DNA of 64,000 nt from Candidatus Latescibacterota bacterium (GCA_963422735.1 OY730476.1:3744001-3808000), one strand, 5' to 3'; shown: positions 37,909 through 48,837, numbered from the stretch's first letter. Made by a program: numbers and translations. The notes: generated by a model not told the origin, from the letters alone.

Positions 37909-39729
37909 TCAGTCGTCGTCTTCGCGCTCGCTGAGCAGTTCGCCGCGCTGGAGCCGCTCGGCGTTTTCCGTGGCCCAGAGGATATTCTTCATCACCTTTT
38001 GCGCGGTGATGTAGCGGGTCGCCGCCAAAAGGTGGACGCGCTTTTCCTCTGGGTCGCTGCTCAAGTCGTAGTGCCGGAACGCGGCTTCGAGCACCTGGAA
38101 CATGTGCAGTTCGGCGTCTTCGCGGAGCATGATGTGGGCCAAGGCTTGGCGGAGCTTGGCAATGTCGCGTCCTTCTTCGAGGTACTGACTGACGAGGACT
38201 TCGGCCTCGAAGACCTTTTGGAAATCGGCTAATTCGCCGAGGCGCTTGAGCATGGCCTCGCTGGAGGCAAAGTGCTCGTCGAGCTTCTGCCCGTGCTGCG
38301 GGACGCGGGCGGAGGGCATGTTGAGCCAGCGCAGGTAGGTGAGGAAGACCGCGCCGTGGAAAATGGCGCGCAACAGCTCCTTGCTAGCGGCGTAGTGGAA
38401 GGCCGCGTACAGGGCGTGGGCGTAGGAATAAATGTTGGCCACGTCGTGCCAGTCGCCCTCGTTCTTGAGGTGGAAGCGCAGGGTGCGCAACGCGCTGGCA
38501 TAGGTCATGGCGCGGCAGAGCTGGGTCGGTGGAACACCAGTGCGCAGGGCTGATTCGACGCGGGCGAGGATGGGTTCAAAGTCGTCGCCGAGCATGACTT
38601 GGGTGAAGGCGGAGATGTCGAGGGTGGCTTCGTTGCGCTGATTGTCCTCCCAGATTTCGTCTAGGCGCGAGAATATGCTTTCTAAGGCCGGCAGGCTGTC
38701 GGCCCAGCGCGAGGTTTCTTCGTGGCGGGTGCGGCTCACCAAATCGACAACGATCGGGCGGAGGATCTCGTGTGCGCCGGCCCATTCCACATAGTCGAGC
38801 GCCTCAAACATCTTATTGGCAAAGTCGAGGGCGTGCCCATCGCCGGTGAAGTAGAAGTCCGTGGCCGCTGTAAAGACAAAATCCGCGAGGGTTTCCTTGC
38901 CGCAGTCGCGGTCGTGCAGGGTGAGCAAGATGCGCTCGGCCGCGCCGAGGTGGCGCTGATCGACAAAGGTGCGAAACCAGCGCTTGAGAGTGGCCAAAAC
39001 TTGGTCGTCATGGGTGCGGGGAAAGGGGAAGCGCCGGCGGCGCGATGAGCCTGAGGTACGCCGCGAAATCTGGGTCAAACCGTGGACGAGAAAGAGGTTG
39101 TGATCGGCCTCGGCAATGTCATCCCACATGTTGGCCGCGAGGGTCAGAATAGCAACGCCCGACGACCAGCCTTCGCTGGTTTTGTGTGTACCGTAGTAGA
39201 GTCCCTGTTGGATGATCTCCTGCGGAGTGGCACCCGTCTGGCGGAGCGCGGCGACTGCTTTGGCGATGAGGAAGGAACTGCGATCCTTAAGCCCCTGTTC
39301 GAGTGCGCGCTTGCCACGGGCCACGAGCCGGAGACGGGCCTCCTCCTTCTCGCCGGGCGGGATACCCACCCACGCATAGCCGTCGTCGCGCACCTCCACG
39401 GGATAGGCTTTCAGGTCGTCGCCTGAAGTTAGTAGGCAGCCGCCGGTCTTTAGGTCAAATTCCCAGTGGTGCCAGTGGCAGATCAGCACTCCGTCGCGGA
39501 TGCTGCCTTTGGACATGGGGTAGCCCATGTGCGGACAGCGATTGTCAACAGCGTGAAAGGATCCCTCGTAAAGGAAGACCGCGAGATGAATGCCCTCAAT
39601 GGTAAAGGGCCGGCCCTCTTCTGCGGCAAATTCGCTAGCCGGTGCGAGCCGGTGATAGACGCAGGTCGCCGGATCAACATCGATCTGCGGCCGCACTTCG
39701 CTTAGGTCGAGACGTTGGGCTGTGGACAT
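37909..39729 (-). CDS. Rieske [2Fe-2S] ferredoxin domain fused to a large helical domain
   Basis: CPHMG..CHWH Rieske ligands in the first ~115 aa; ~480-aa uncharacterised C-terminal region. Confidence 0.85.
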   Translation of the reverse strand: MSTAQRLDLSEVRPQIDVDPATCVYHRLAPASEFAAEEGRPFTIEGIHLAVFLYEGSFHAVDNRCPHMGYPMSKGSIRDGVLICHWHHWEFDLKTGGCLLTSGDDLKAYPVEVRDDGYAWVGIPPGEKEEARLRLVARGKRALEQGLKDRSSFLIAKAVAALRQTGATPQEIIQQGLYYGTHKTSEGWSSGVAILTLAANMWDDIAEADHNLFLVHGLTQISRRTSGSSRRRRFPFPRTHDDQVLATLKRWFRTFVDQRHLGAAERILLTLHDRDCGKETLADFVFTAATDFYFTGDGHALDFANKMFEALDYVEWAGAHEILRPIVVDLVSRTRHEETSRWADSLPALESIFSRLDEIWEDNQRNEATLDISAFTQVMLGDDFEPILARVESALRTGVPPTQLCRAMTYASALRTLRFHLKNEGDWHDVANIYSYAHALYAAFHYAASKELLRAIFHGAVFLTYLRWLNMPSARVPQHGQKLDEHFASSEAMLKRLGELADFQKVFEAEVLVSQYLEEGRDIAKLRQALAHIMLREDAELHMFQVLEAAFRHYDLSSDPEEKRVHLLAATRYITAQKVMKNILWATENAERLQRGELLSEREDDD

Positions 39730-39879
39730 GAGTGTTGCCTCCTGTGGAATGGACTACAAGAATATGCGCTATCTGGTGGTGTAGGGCGAGGGGTCTGTGT
39801 TGACTTATAGTGCTGTGCATGGTCATGTTCTGAGGAACGAGAGATATAGCGGCGCATGACGAGGAAAGGAGACTTTAGT

Positions 39880-40323
39880 ATGACTTTGCGAATTTTGCTA
39901 GTAGCCGTACTCTTTTTGGGCGGTGTGGTCGCCGACGAGGCCACCGCGCGCAGCAAGCGCGTAAAGCAGGTTCCCAACGGCCCCGCGGCTAGCTGTAACA
40001 CCTGCCACACGGCCGGTGGCGGTTCGCCGCTCAATCCGTTTGGCTTGGAGATTGCAACCAACTTCCTCAGTGCGGCCGGCGCAGCCGGTGACGTGCGTTG
40101 GGGAGCGGAGTTGGCGGCGTTGGACTCCGATGGCGACGGGGTAGCCAATGGCGCGGAGCTAGGCGATCCCGACGGCACTTGGGTGTTGGGCGATGCCAAT
40201 CCAGAAGGCGAAGTGTTTCATCCCGGCAATCCAGAGAGTACTCCGCCACCCGCACCGCAAGAGACGGCTGTTGAGGAGACGACTTGGGCGCGGATCAAGC
40301 AACTGATTGGTGCGCTCGACTAA
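39880..40323 (+). CDS. Secreted CxxCH protein with a temptin-like Ca-binding motif
   Basis: Signal peptide, CNTCH, GGG..NPFG, DSDGDGVANGAELGDPDG, tail TAVEETTWARIK. Confidence 0.65.
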   Translation: MTLRILLVAVLFLGGVVADEATARSKRVKQVPNGPAASCNTCHTAGGGSPLNPFGLEIATNFLSAAGAAGDVRWGAELAALDSDGDGVANGAELGDPDGTWVLGDANPEGEVFHPGNPESTPPPAPQETAVEETTWARIKQLIGALD

Positions 40324-40407
40324 GGCAGATCGGATGGTTTGTCGCGGTGGTTTTCGACCCCGTGCTGGCGTTGAGTGGGTTCGCCGGTCGAATTGTGAGT
40401 TCGCAAC

Positions 40408-42636
40408 ATGACAGAAAATAGTAGAGAGCAGCGTTTTGCCATTGAGGGTATGCACTGCGCTGGCTGTGTGCGGCAGGTCGAGCAGCAGGTGTCCAGATTG
40501 GTCGGCGTCGAAGTGGCTGACGTCAACTTGGCGACCGAGCAGATGGCCGTGCGCTTTGATCCTGTAGCTGTAGATGAGGAAAGCATTGCCGCGGCCGTGG
40601 CAAAAGCGGGGTTCCAAGCGCGGCTGCAAGCACCCGAAGCCGAAGGTGCCGCTAGGCGACAGGACCGCAAGCGGGCTGCTCTCACCGAGCAAGCTGCAGC
40701 GTTTCGCTGGGCCGCTGCGTTTTGGCTGCCGCTCTTCGCGGTGGAGATGGCCGAGCAGATGGGTACGCCCATTGCCGAGGCGCTGTCCTTGGCCCAGCAT
40801 CCGCTGCAGATGGGTGTTTTGCACCTGATGTTTTCGCTGCCGGTGCTGTGGATTGGCCGCCAGATCTACGCCGAGGGCGGGCAGGCTCTGTGGAGAGGCC
40901 GGCCCAACATGTTTTCGCTAATCGCCATTGGCACGGCTGCGGCTTGGCTCTACAGCGCTTGGGGCTTAGTATCCGTCGCCGTGGGTGCGGCCGCGGCGTT
41001 TGACTCCTATTTCCCGTCGGTTGCGACTATCGTCGCTCTGATGCTGATGGGCCGCTATCTCGAAGCTCGCTCGCGGTTGCGGGCCGAGGAGGCCATAGGG
41101 GCCCTGCTGCGGCTTAGACCCGACAAGGCCGCGCTGGTGACTGACGATGGAGAGCGGGAAATTGCGGCCGACGCCATCGAAGTGGGCGACTGCTTGCGCG
41201 TGCGCCCGGGCGAGCGCATTCCAGCCGACGGCGAAGTCGTCGAAGGAAATTCTACGGCGGATGAATCGCTGCTGACCGGCGAGTCGCTGCCCGTGGCCAA
41301 GGCACCGGGCGATGCCGTCACTGGCGGCAGCCTCAACGGCGCGGGCGCGCTCATGGTCCGCGCAACGTGCGTGGCTGGGGATGCGCTGTTGATGCAAATA
41401 GTGCGCTTAGTCGAGGCCGCGCAGGCGGGCAAAGCGCCGATTGCCCGCCTGGCCGATGTCGTCGCCGGGTATTTCGTGCCGGCCGTACTAGCCCTAGGCG
41501 CAGTGGCTGCGGTGGGTTGGCTGTGGGCCGGGGAGGGCCTGAGCTTTGCGTTGCAGGTTTTCGTGGCCGTGTTGATCATCGCCTGCCCGTGCAGCTTGGG
41601 ATTGGCCACGCCAACCGCCATTATGGTCGGCACGGGCCGCGGAGCGCACCTCGGCATCCTGTTCAAAAGCCCAGAAGTACTGGAAACAGCGCATAAAGTG
41701 GATGCCGTGGTGCTGGACAAAACCGGCACGATCACCGAGGGGCGGCCGCAGGTCGTGGCGGTGGAGCCGTTAAACGGATGCGGTACCGACGAAGTGCTGA
41801 GCTTGGCCGCGGCCGTGGAGCGCGGCTCGGAGCATCCACTGGCCGCAGCGATTGTGACCGCCGCCGCAGAGCAAGACCTTGCTGTGCCGGAGGCCAGCGG
41901 AGTCGTGGCGACGCCGGGAAAAGGCGCGCAGGCCGCGGTGGAAGGCGCGGCCGTGGCGGTGGGCAATCGCGCCATGATGGCGGCGGTGGGAATCCGCATA
42001 GACGAGGACAGCGACCCGACGGCCGGTGCCACCGTTGTATGGGTCGCGGCGGCGGGCGCATTGGTCGGCCGCGTGGCTTTGGCCGACCGCCCCCGCCCGC
42101 AGAGCAAGGACGATGTGGCTCGGCTACGCCAATATGGCTTGGAAGTAGTGATGCTCACGGGCGACAGCCGTCCGGCCGCTGAAGCCGTGGCGCGGCACGT
42201 GGGGATTGAGACCGTGTGCGCCGATGTCTTGCCCGCAGATAAGGCGGCGGTTGTGCAGGCATTGAAGGCCGAGGGCCGCTGCGTGGCCATGGTCGGCGAC
42301 GGGATCAACGACGCACCGGCACTGGCTGCCGCCGATGTGGGCATGGCCTTTGCCACCGGCACGGATGTGGCGGCCGCATCTGCTCCCGTGGTGCTCATGC
42401 ACAGTCGGTTGGCGGATGTGGCGCGGGCCATCGAACTGAGCCGAGCGGTTGTGCGGACCATAAAGCAGAATTTGTTCTGGGCGTTTTTTTACAACGCCGC
42501 GGGCATTCCGGTGGCCGCAGGTGTGCTCTACCTGTTCGGCGGCCCGCTGCTCAATCCGATGCTGGCGAGCCTAGCGATGGCCTTTTCGTCGGTGTCGGTG
42601 GTGATGAACGCGCTCCGGTTGCGGCGCTTTGGCTGA
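40408..42636 (+). CDS. copA: Cu(I)-translocating P1B-type ATPase
   Basis: GMHCAGC metal-binding domain, TGES, CPC, DKTGT, HP, GDGIND, YN and MAFSS. Confidence 0.92.
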   Translation: MTENSREQRFAIEGMHCAGCVRQVEQQVSRLVGVEVADVNLATEQMAVRFDPVAVDEESIAAAVAKAGFQARLQAPEAEGAARRQDRKRAALTEQAAAFRWAAAFWLPLFAVEMAEQMGTPIAEALSLAQHPLQMGVLHLMFSLPVLWIGRQIYAEGGQALWRGRPNMFSLIAIGTAAAWLYSAWGLVSVAVGAAAAFDSYFPSVATIVALMLMGRYLEARSRLRAEEAIGALLRLRPDKAALVTDDGEREIAADAIEVGDCLRVRPGERIPADGEVVEGNSTADESLLTGESLPVAKAPGDAVTGGSLNGAGALMVRATCVAGDALLMQIVRLVEAAQAGKAPIARLADVVAGYFVPAVLALGAVAAVGWLWAGEGLSFALQVFVAVLIIACPCSLGLATPTAIMVGTGRGAHLGILFKSPEVLETAHKVDAVVLDKTGTITEGRPQVVAVEPLNGCGTDEVLSLAAAVERGSEHPLAAAIVTAAAEQDLAVPEASGVVATPGKGAQAAVEGAAVAVGNRAMMAAVGIRIDEDSDPTAGATVVWVAAAGALVGRVALADRPRPQSKDDVARLRQYGLEVVMLTGDSRPAAEAVARHVGIETVCADVLPADKAAVVQALKAEGRCVAMVGDGINDAPALAAADVGMAFATGTDVAAASAPVVLMHSRLADVARAIELSRAVVRTIKQNLFWAFFYNAAGIPVAAGVLYLFGGPLLNPMLASLAMAFSSVSVVMNALRLRRFG

Positions 42637-42748
42637 AGCCGCCATATTACAGGCTGATGTTGTGCACGGGCCTCTTAAGTATGAGATGCTGCGCTCCGCC
42701 ATGACAAGGAAGAAAAGCACCTAACGAGGCCAGCTTGAGGAGAGCGTT

Positions 42749-43981
42749 ATGGGTACAATTATGATGGTTGGGGCGTTTGACACGAAGGGGGTGGAATACG
42801 CCTTCTTGCGCGAGCAGATTTTGGTACGCGGCCACGAAGTGCTGGCGGTGAACACGGGCGTTACAGGCGAGTGCGAGGCCTTTGCTGTGGATGTGGAGGC
42901 CAGCGAGGTGGCTGTGGCCGGCGGCGCGTCGCTGGCGGCGCTGCGCACAGCCGGCGACCGCGGTGTCGCCATGAAGACTATGGGTGCGGGCGCGGCCAAG
43001 GTGGCGGAGCAATGGTACGCCGAGGGCCGGTTTGACGGCATCGTCGGCATGGGCGGGTCCGGTGGCAGCAGCGTGGTGACCGCGGCCATGCGCGCCCTGC
43101 CGGTAGGCGTGCCCAAAGTGTGCGTTTCGACCGTGGCGGCCGGCGACACCGCCGCGTACGTGGGTAGCAAGGACGTCGTGCTCATTCCGTCGATTGTGGA
43201 TGTGGCTGGAGTCAATCGGATTTCGCGGGTGATTTTCACGCGGGCCGCTGGCGCGATCTGCGGCATGGTCGAGGCCGAGCCGGCACCGGCTGGCGACGAC
43301 AAACCGATCGTCGTGGCGTCGATGTTTGGCAACACCACCGAATGCGTAAACGCGTGCAGCGAGGCCCTGGCGGCGAGCGGGTACGAGGTCTTGGTCTTTC
43401 ACGCCACCGGCACTGGCGGCCGCACCATGGAGTCGCTCATCGACGAGGGCTTAGTGGATGCGGCGCTGGACATCACCACCACCGAGTGGGCCGACGAAGT
43501 GTGCGGCGGCGTCTTCAGCGCAGGTCCAGACCGCTTGAGCGCGGCGGGCCGAGCGGGTTTGCCCCAGCTAGTGGTCCCCGGCTGCGTGGATATGGCCAAT
43601 TTTGGCGGCATGGATACCGTGCCGAAAAAATACAAGGACGGCACGCGGCTCTTTTACGAGTGGAACCCGGAGGTGACCTTGATGCGCACCAATGTCGAGG
43701 AGAATGCGCAGATGGGCCGAATATTCGCCGAAAAGCTCAATGCCGCCCGAGGCCCGGTCGCCTTGCTCATTCCGCTTAGAGGCGTGTCGATCCTCGACGG
43801 CGACGGCGAGATGTTTTGCGACCGCGAAGCCGACCGCGCCTTTTGCGACGCCCTCAAAGCTAACTTGGACGAGGGCATCCTCGTCCGCGAAGTCGATCAC
43901 AACATCAACGATCCAGAGTTTGCAGCCGCAGCGACTGCGCTGCTGCTGGAGCTAATTGCCGAGAAAGCAGGAGAGTTATGA
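42749..43981 (+). CDS. Tm-1-like ATP-binding domain protein (UPF0261)
   Basis: DTKG.E, GGSGG, MRALPVGVPK, FHATGTGG, TLMRT, HNINDPEFA. Confidence 0.92.
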   Translation: MGTIMMVGAFDTKGVEYAFLREQILVRGHEVLAVNTGVTGECEAFAVDVEASEVAVAGGASLAALRTAGDRGVAMKTMGAGAAKVAEQWYAEGRFDGIVGMGGSGGSSVVTAAMRALPVGVPKVCVSTVAAGDTAAYVGSKDVVLIPSIVDVAGVNRISRVIFTRAAGAICGMVEAEPAPAGDDKPIVVASMFGNTTECVNACSEALAASGYEVLVFHATGTGGRTMESLIDEGLVDAALDITTTEWADEVCGGVFSAGPDRLSAAGRAGLPQLVVPGCVDMANFGGMDTVPKKYKDGTRLFYEWNPEVTLMRTNVEENAQMGRIFAEKLNAARGPVALLIPLRGVSILDGDGEMFCDREADRAFCDALKANLDEGILVREVDHNINDPEFAAAATALLLELIAEKAGEL

Positions 43982-44394
43982 GCGAAAAAAAGACATTTAT
44001 CCAATGCGCCGACGTGGAGACCCAAGTCTTTGACTGGGGCCGCTTAAACTGGCTTTCCGAACCACTGGTGACCGCAGCCGAGCACTTTAGCTGCGGCGTG
44101 GTGGAACTGGCCCCAGGCAAGGGCCATGTGCGCCACAACCATCCTTATAGCGAGGAGATCCTCTACGTGATAGAGGGCACCGGGATCCAGACGGTGGAGC
44201 TGGAGTCGGGTATGCTGGAAAAGGTGATTGGCCCGGGCGAGCTGGTACATATTCCAACGGCCGTGTATCACTCGACGGTCAACAATGGGGATGGCCCTAT
44301 GAAGCTAATCGCTGTGTATGCGCCATTTGGGCCAGAGGCCGAGCTACGGAAGATGGCGGGGGTGCGGATAGAAAAAGCAGTAGTTAGCGGCTAG
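43978..44394 (+). CDS. Cupin domain protein
   Basis: GHVRHNHPYSEEILYV..G, IP..VYH. Confidence 0.9.
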   Translation: MSEKKTFIQCADVETQVFDWGRLNWLSEPLVTAAEHFSCGVVELAPGKGHVRHNHPYSEEILYVIEGTGIQTVELESGMLEKVIGPGELVHIPTAVYHSTVNNGDGPMKLIAVYAPFGPEAELRKMAGVRIEKAVVSG

Positions 44395-44424
44395 CCCCCA
44401 CATCCCCTGATCAGGGAGCGGACC

Positions 44425-44529
44425 AACCACTAACCACCAACCACTAACCACTAACCACTAACCACTAACCACCAACCACTAACCACTAACCACTAACCAC
44501 TAACCACTAACCACTAACCACTAACCACT
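44425..44529. repeat. Heptamer tandem repeat (AACCACY)15
   Basis: 13 AACCACT and 2 AACCACC units, 105 bp, ending 4 nt before the next ATG. Confidence 0.95.
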
Positions 44530-44533
44530 AATT

Positions 44534-45361
44534 ATGGCTTTTACAAGAGAAGAAGTGCTCACGCGGTTGCGGCAGAACATCGCCGATGAGGCTCCCATTA
44601 TCGGCGCGGGAGCCGGCACCGGGATCAGCGCGAAGTTCGAGGAGGTCGGCGGGGTTGACTTGATTGTGATTTACAATTCTGGGCGATTTCGCATGGCGGG
44701 CCGGGGGTCGCTGGCTGGGACCATGCCGTATGGGGACGCCAATGCGATTGTGATGGATATGGCCGGAGAGGTGTTGACGGTGGTGGAGGATACGCCGGTA
44801 CTGGCCGGCGTGTGCGGGACGGACCCGTTCCGGCAGATGGATGTTTTCTTGCGCGAAGTTGCAGCAATCGGGTTTTCCGGCGTGCAGAATTTTCCGACCG
44901 TAGGGCTGATTGATGGGTTGTATCGGCAGAACTTGGAGGAAACTGGGATGGGCTATGGGGTGGAGGTGGAGATGATTCGCACGGCGCACGAGATGGGATT
45001 GTTGACGACGCCGTATGCGTTTAATCCCGAAGAGGGCGAGCAGATGGCGGCGGCCGGTGCCGACATTGTGGTGGCGCATACTGGGCTTACCACCAAGGGC
45101 GCGATTGGCGCGACGACCGCGCTGACTTTGGAGGAGTCGGTGGGGGTGGTGCAGGCGATATGCGACGCGGCGCGGGGGGAGTCCGAGGAGGTGATTGTGC
45201 TGTGTCACGGGGGGCCGATTTCAGAGCCGGAGGACGCCGAGTATGTGTTGCAAAACACGACGGGCGTCAATGGCTTCTACGGCGCGTCGAGCATGGAGCG
45301 GTTGCCGGTGGAGGCGGCCATTACCGAGCACGTGAAAAAGTACAAGGCCATCCGCTTTTGA
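44534..45361 (+). CDS. Phosphoenolpyruvate hydrolase-like TIM-barrel protein
   Basis: [49 protein letters not shown]. Confidence 0.93.
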   Translation: MAFTREEVLTRLRQNIADEAPIIGAGAGTGISAKFEEVGGVDLIVIYNSGRFRMAGRGSLAGTMPYGDANAIVMDMAGEVLTVVEDTPVLAGVCGTDPFRQMDVFLREVAAIGFSGVQNFPTVGLIDGLYRQNLEETGMGYGVEVEMIRTAHEMGLLTTPYAFNPEEGEQMAAAGADIVVAHTGLTTKGAIGATTALTLEESVGVVQAICDAARGESEEVIVLCHGGPISEPEDAEYVLQNTTGVNGFYGASSMERLPVEAAITEHVKKYKAIRF

Positions 45362-45371
45362 TACGGCCCGG

Positions 45372-45920
45372 TTGAAGCCAATGCGCCCCTTGCGCAAAGT
45401 TGAGGTGAAGCGGCTCTTTGCGGATGCGGCGAAGAGCTATCCGCCCAAGGCGGAGCTATCCTTTCTGTTGCAGAGTATCGAAGACCCGCTCAATGTCGGC
45501 GCGATGTTTCGCATTGCCGATGCGTGCGGGGCGCGGGAATTGGTTTTTACGGGTGTGACGCCCTCGCCGCCACACGAGGATATTGAGCGCACGGCTCGGG
45601 GCCATGAGCGGCGAGTAGCTTGGCGGCGGATCGGGCGCATTGACGAAGCGGCCAACGCGCTGCGGGAGGAGGGGTATCACTTGGTGGCGTTGGAAATGGT
45701 GCAGGGGGCCGCGTGCTATTTGGAATACGATTTCCCGGACAAAGTGTGTTTAGTGCTCGGCAACGAGATCAAAGGCGTCTATCGACAGACCTTGGCGTGG
45801 TGCGATGGCGCGGTCTATATCCCCATGTACGGCAAGGGGCCGTCAATGAATGTTCACGTGGCTGGTGCGCTCGTGGCGTATCAGGCATTGCTTGGGAAAG
45901 GCAACCCCCTTCAGGTCTGA
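45372..45920 (+). CDS. TrmH/SpoU family RNA methyltransferase
   Basis: NVGAMFR.ADA, LVLGNE..G, IPMYG...SMNV. Confidence 0.9.
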   Translation: MKPMRPLRKVEVKRLFADAAKSYPPKAELSFLLQSIEDPLNVGAMFRIADACGARELVFTGVTPSPPHEDIERTARGHERRVAWRRIGRIDEAANALREEGYHLVALEMVQGAACYLEYDFPDKVCLVLGNEIKGVYRQTLAWCDGAVYIPMYGKGPSMNVHVAGALVAYQALLGKGNPLQV

Positions 45921-45930
45921 TGACGTCCTC

Positions 45931-46533
45931 GTGCAGATCGACCCCCGCTCCATAGATGCGCACCCCGAGCTGGTTTCGTCCAGCGAGGTGCTGGCTTCGG
46001 GCCAACGGGTTCATTTTTGCCCTTTGCGCGGCGATCAGGCCGCTGCCTTGGGCGCGTATTTCACCGGCTTGTCGCAAGCCACCCGCCGGGTGTACGGGCC
46101 GCATCCTCTTGACCAAGAGACGGCCGATGGTTTTTGCGCCGCGTTGGACAGCGCCCGGACTTTGCGTATGCTGGCTTGGATTGAGGAGGAGGGAGTCGAG
46201 CGCATTGTGGCGTATTTCGTCGTCGAACTGGGCGTGCGGGCCGGAGATCGCCGGCGCTACCAAGCACTGGGCTTGGCCCTGCACGACGAGATCGATTGTA
46301 CTCTGGCCCCTTCCGTGGCCGACGCGTACCAGAGCGAGGGACTGGGCAGTTTGATGATGCAGCATCTGCTGAGGCTGTTGCCACGGCTGGGGCGGCAGCG
46401 CCTGCTGCTGTGGGGTGGAGTGCGGGCGGATAATCTCCACGCCATCCACTTCTACACCAAATTCGGTTTTCGGCGCGTGGGCGAGTTTGAGGCCGGAAGC
46501 ACCAACAATTACAACATGATAGCAGACTTGTGA
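45931..46533 (+). CDS. GNAT family N-acetyltransferase (start uncertain)
   Basis: VADAYQSEGLGS, N..AIHFYTKFGF. Confidence 0.85.
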   Translation: MQIDPRSIDAHPELVSSSEVLASGQRVHFCPLRGDQAAALGAYFTGLSQATRRVYGPHPLDQETADGFCAALDSARTLRMLAWIEEEGVERIVAYFVVELGVRAGDRRRYQALGLALHDEIDCTLAPSVADAYQSEGLGSLMMQHLLRLLPRLGRQRLLLWGGVRADNLHAIHFYTKFGFRRVGEFEAGSTNNYNMIADL

Positions 46534-46547
46534 GAAGAGGAGAGGCA

Positions 46548-47360
46548 ATGGCGACTCTACAACTGAAAGTGCAATACTTCCAAGATAGTACGCCCGCAGA
46601 AGTGCCCTGCCGCGAGGAGAATTTCGTCGTGCGGGAACTGGGCTTCGCCCTGCCGGTCGAGCAGACGGCGCTAGTGCTGATCGACCTGTGGAACGTGCAT
46701 CACATCGATAGCTGGATCGAACGCGCCGAGGCCGTGACCAAAGAAGTGATTGCGCCGCTCATTGGGCGGGCGCGGGAATGCGGCCTAACCATTGTGCAGG
46801 CACCCAGTCCCGGAGTACTGGCCAATTTCCCGGATAAGTACGAGGTGTACCAAGGCTACACGCCCGAGCCTGAGCCGGGGCTGGCCCCGAGTTGGCCGCC
46901 GACTGAGTTCCGCAATCGGCAGGGAGCGTATGCCTGTTTCCGAGGGCCAAGAGACCAAGAGCCGGGCATTGGCCCCTATTGGAAGAACTTAACCGGGCAA
47001 CTCGATCTTTCGTCCCATGTTGCCGTGGAGGAGGGCGACTTTGTTGTGGGTACGGGCCAGCAACTGCACGATTTGTGCGAGGAACGCGGCATTCTGCACT
47101 TGCTTTTCGCCGGCTTTGCGACCAACTGGTGTATATTGGGCCGCGACTACGGCATCCGCGCCGTGCGTAGGCGGGGCTATAATACCATTTTGGTGCGGGA
47201 CGCCACGGAAGGAGTGGAATTCCCCGATACACTAAAGGCGCGGTGGGCCACGGAACTGGCCGTGCGCGAGGTCGAGCAGGTGCATGGCTTTTCCACCTCG
47301 ACGGCCGATTTTTACGTCGCCTGTGCCGTCTTGGATTCACAGGAGAGTAACGCACTATGA
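46548..47360 (+). CDS. Isochorismatase-like cysteine hydrolase
   Basis: TALVLIDLW, AGFATNWC, ILVRDAT. Confidence 0.8.
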   Translation: MATLQLKVQYFQDSTPAEVPCREENFVVRELGFALPVEQTALVLIDLWNVHHIDSWIERAEAVTKEVIAPLIGRARECGLTIVQAPSPGVLANFPDKYEVYQGYTPEPEPGLAPSWPPTEFRNRQGAYACFRGPRDQEPGIGPYWKNLTGQLDLSSHVAVEEGDFVVGTGQQLHDLCEERGILHLLFAGFATNWCILGRDYGIRAVRRRGYNTILVRDATEGVEFPDTLKARWATELAVREVEQVHGFSTSTADFYVACAVLDSQESNAL

Positions 47361-48274
47361 ATGAGCCGATCGTCTATCTCAACGATGGCTTCGTCCCCGC
47401 TTCCCAAGCCCATCTCAATATCTACGATTTGGGGATCGTACTGGGGGCCACCCTGACCGAAATGACTCGCACGTTCAGGCACGAGCCGTTCCGCTTGGAG
47501 GAGCACGTGCGGCGGCTTTTGCGGTCGTGTAAGTACGCCGGCATTGAGTTGGCCTTGGACCACGAGGGGTTGGTCGAATGCACGCGGACCTTGATCCAGA
47601 CCAATAGCAAGCTGATCGGTCCCGAGCAGGATTTGGGCGTCGTCCACTTTGTAACGCCAGGGGAAAACCATATCTACGCTGGCAACGCTGGGAAACCGGC
47701 GCGTCTGACGCCCACGTTGTGCATCCACTCCTTCCCGCTGCCCTTTGCCGTGTGGCGATCCTATTTTGAGCAGGGCGTCCACGCGGTTACTCCCTCCATC
47801 CGCCACGTGCCGCCCCAATGCGTTGACCCCAAGACCAAAAACCGCTCGCGCTTGCACTATTGGCTGGCCGATAGGCAATCGCAGGCAGTCGATCCCCAAG
47901 CCACCTCGCTGCTACTCGATTTGGACGGCAACCTCACTGAGTGTTCGGGGGCCAACTTCGTCGTGGTAGAAAACGACGCGATCTTTACGCCCACTAGCCG
48001 CAATGTACTGGAAGGGGTGAGCTTGGTGACGCTGCGGGAATTGGCACCCGAGTTGGGATTGGGTTGGGTCGAGAAGGAATTGCAGCTCTACGATGCGGTC
48101 AATGCGGACGAGGCTTGGTTGACCAGCACGCCCTATTGTCTAGCGCCGTGTACGCGCATCAACAATACGCCGATTGGCGACGGGAAGCCCGGCCCCCTGT
48201 TTGGACGGGTGATGGGGGCGTGGAGCCAGCGGGTGGGGATGGACATTTTGGAGCAGCTTAAAAACGCGGATTGA
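47357..48274 (+). CDS. PLP-dependent aminotransferase class IV
   Basis: FRLEEHVRRL..S, ECSGANF, LEGVS, ADEAWLTST, IGDGKPGP. Confidence 0.92.
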   Translation: MNEPIVYLNDGFVPASQAHLNIYDLGIVLGATLTEMTRTFRHEPFRLEEHVRRLLRSCKYAGIELALDHEGLVECTRTLIQTNSKLIGPEQDLGVVHFVTPGENHIYAGNAGKPARLTPTLCIHSFPLPFAVWRSYFEQGVHAVTPSIRHVPPQCVDPKTKNRSRLHYWLADRQSQAVDPQATSLLLDLDGNLTECSGANFVVVENDAIFTPTSRNVLEGVSLVTLRELAPELGLGWVEKELQLYDAVNADEAWLTSTPYCLAPCTRINNTPIGDGKPGPLFGRVMGAWSQRVGMDILEQLKNAD

Positions 48275-48374
48275 GACGCAAAGAAACCGCACCACGACGA
48301 AGCGTGCGACGATCTACATTTATCCGTGGGATGTGTCGGACGGAAGTACTATATGAATGGACGGGAACTCGTCA

Positions 48375-48837
48375 GATGTGCCAGACTTCCGTCAGCACTT
48401 TCCCGACTGATTCCCACCCGAAGGCTGGGCTTCCACGCTCGTGGCTTACAAGCTCGCCGCGATCTCGGACAGGGGTGCCACACCGACGCATTTGGGCATC
48501 CTGCTTTTTGCCGAGCAGCCCGAGCAGTGTATTTACGGGGCGTACATCGATATAGCCGTATCGAGTTCCAAAATCCCGGGACGCTCTACAACACATTGAC
48601 CATCGAAAATTTGTACGCTAGGTGTCAGCCGGTGCGCCGGGATCAGTTGCTCACCGGCTTCATGCGCTACTACAAAAGCCTAGTTAGGGGCTCCAGCTTT
48701 CTGAAGCGAGGGGCGAGGGATTTTTGAATTTGGTCCGCGACAGTCTGCGTTTGTCGGGGCGGCGGCCGAAACTGGAACAGATCGGGGCGGCGACGAAGTT
48801 GACTATCTACGCGGCGCAATACCCGGAGTTGGAATAG
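48375..48837 (+). pseudogene. Remnant of an AlbA_2/RecG-C (HATPase_c_4)-type ATP-binding protein
   Basis: Pieces in different frames: PTHLGILLFAEQPEQ, RIEFQNPGTL..LTIENL..PVRR, GEGFLNLVRDS; stops, frameshifts and an internal deletion. Confidence 0.6.

Noticed and set aside
41055-42461. 468-aa antisense ORF over copA, and similar long shadow ORFs such as 3614-4633 and 12415-13401
   Set aside because: Expected from GC-rich codon bias opposite or overlapping well-supported genes; no motifs.
44425-44529. Heptamer array as a CRISPR or telomere-like repeat
   Set aside because: No spacers, no cas genes, and it lies inside an operon; it is a simple tandem repeat.
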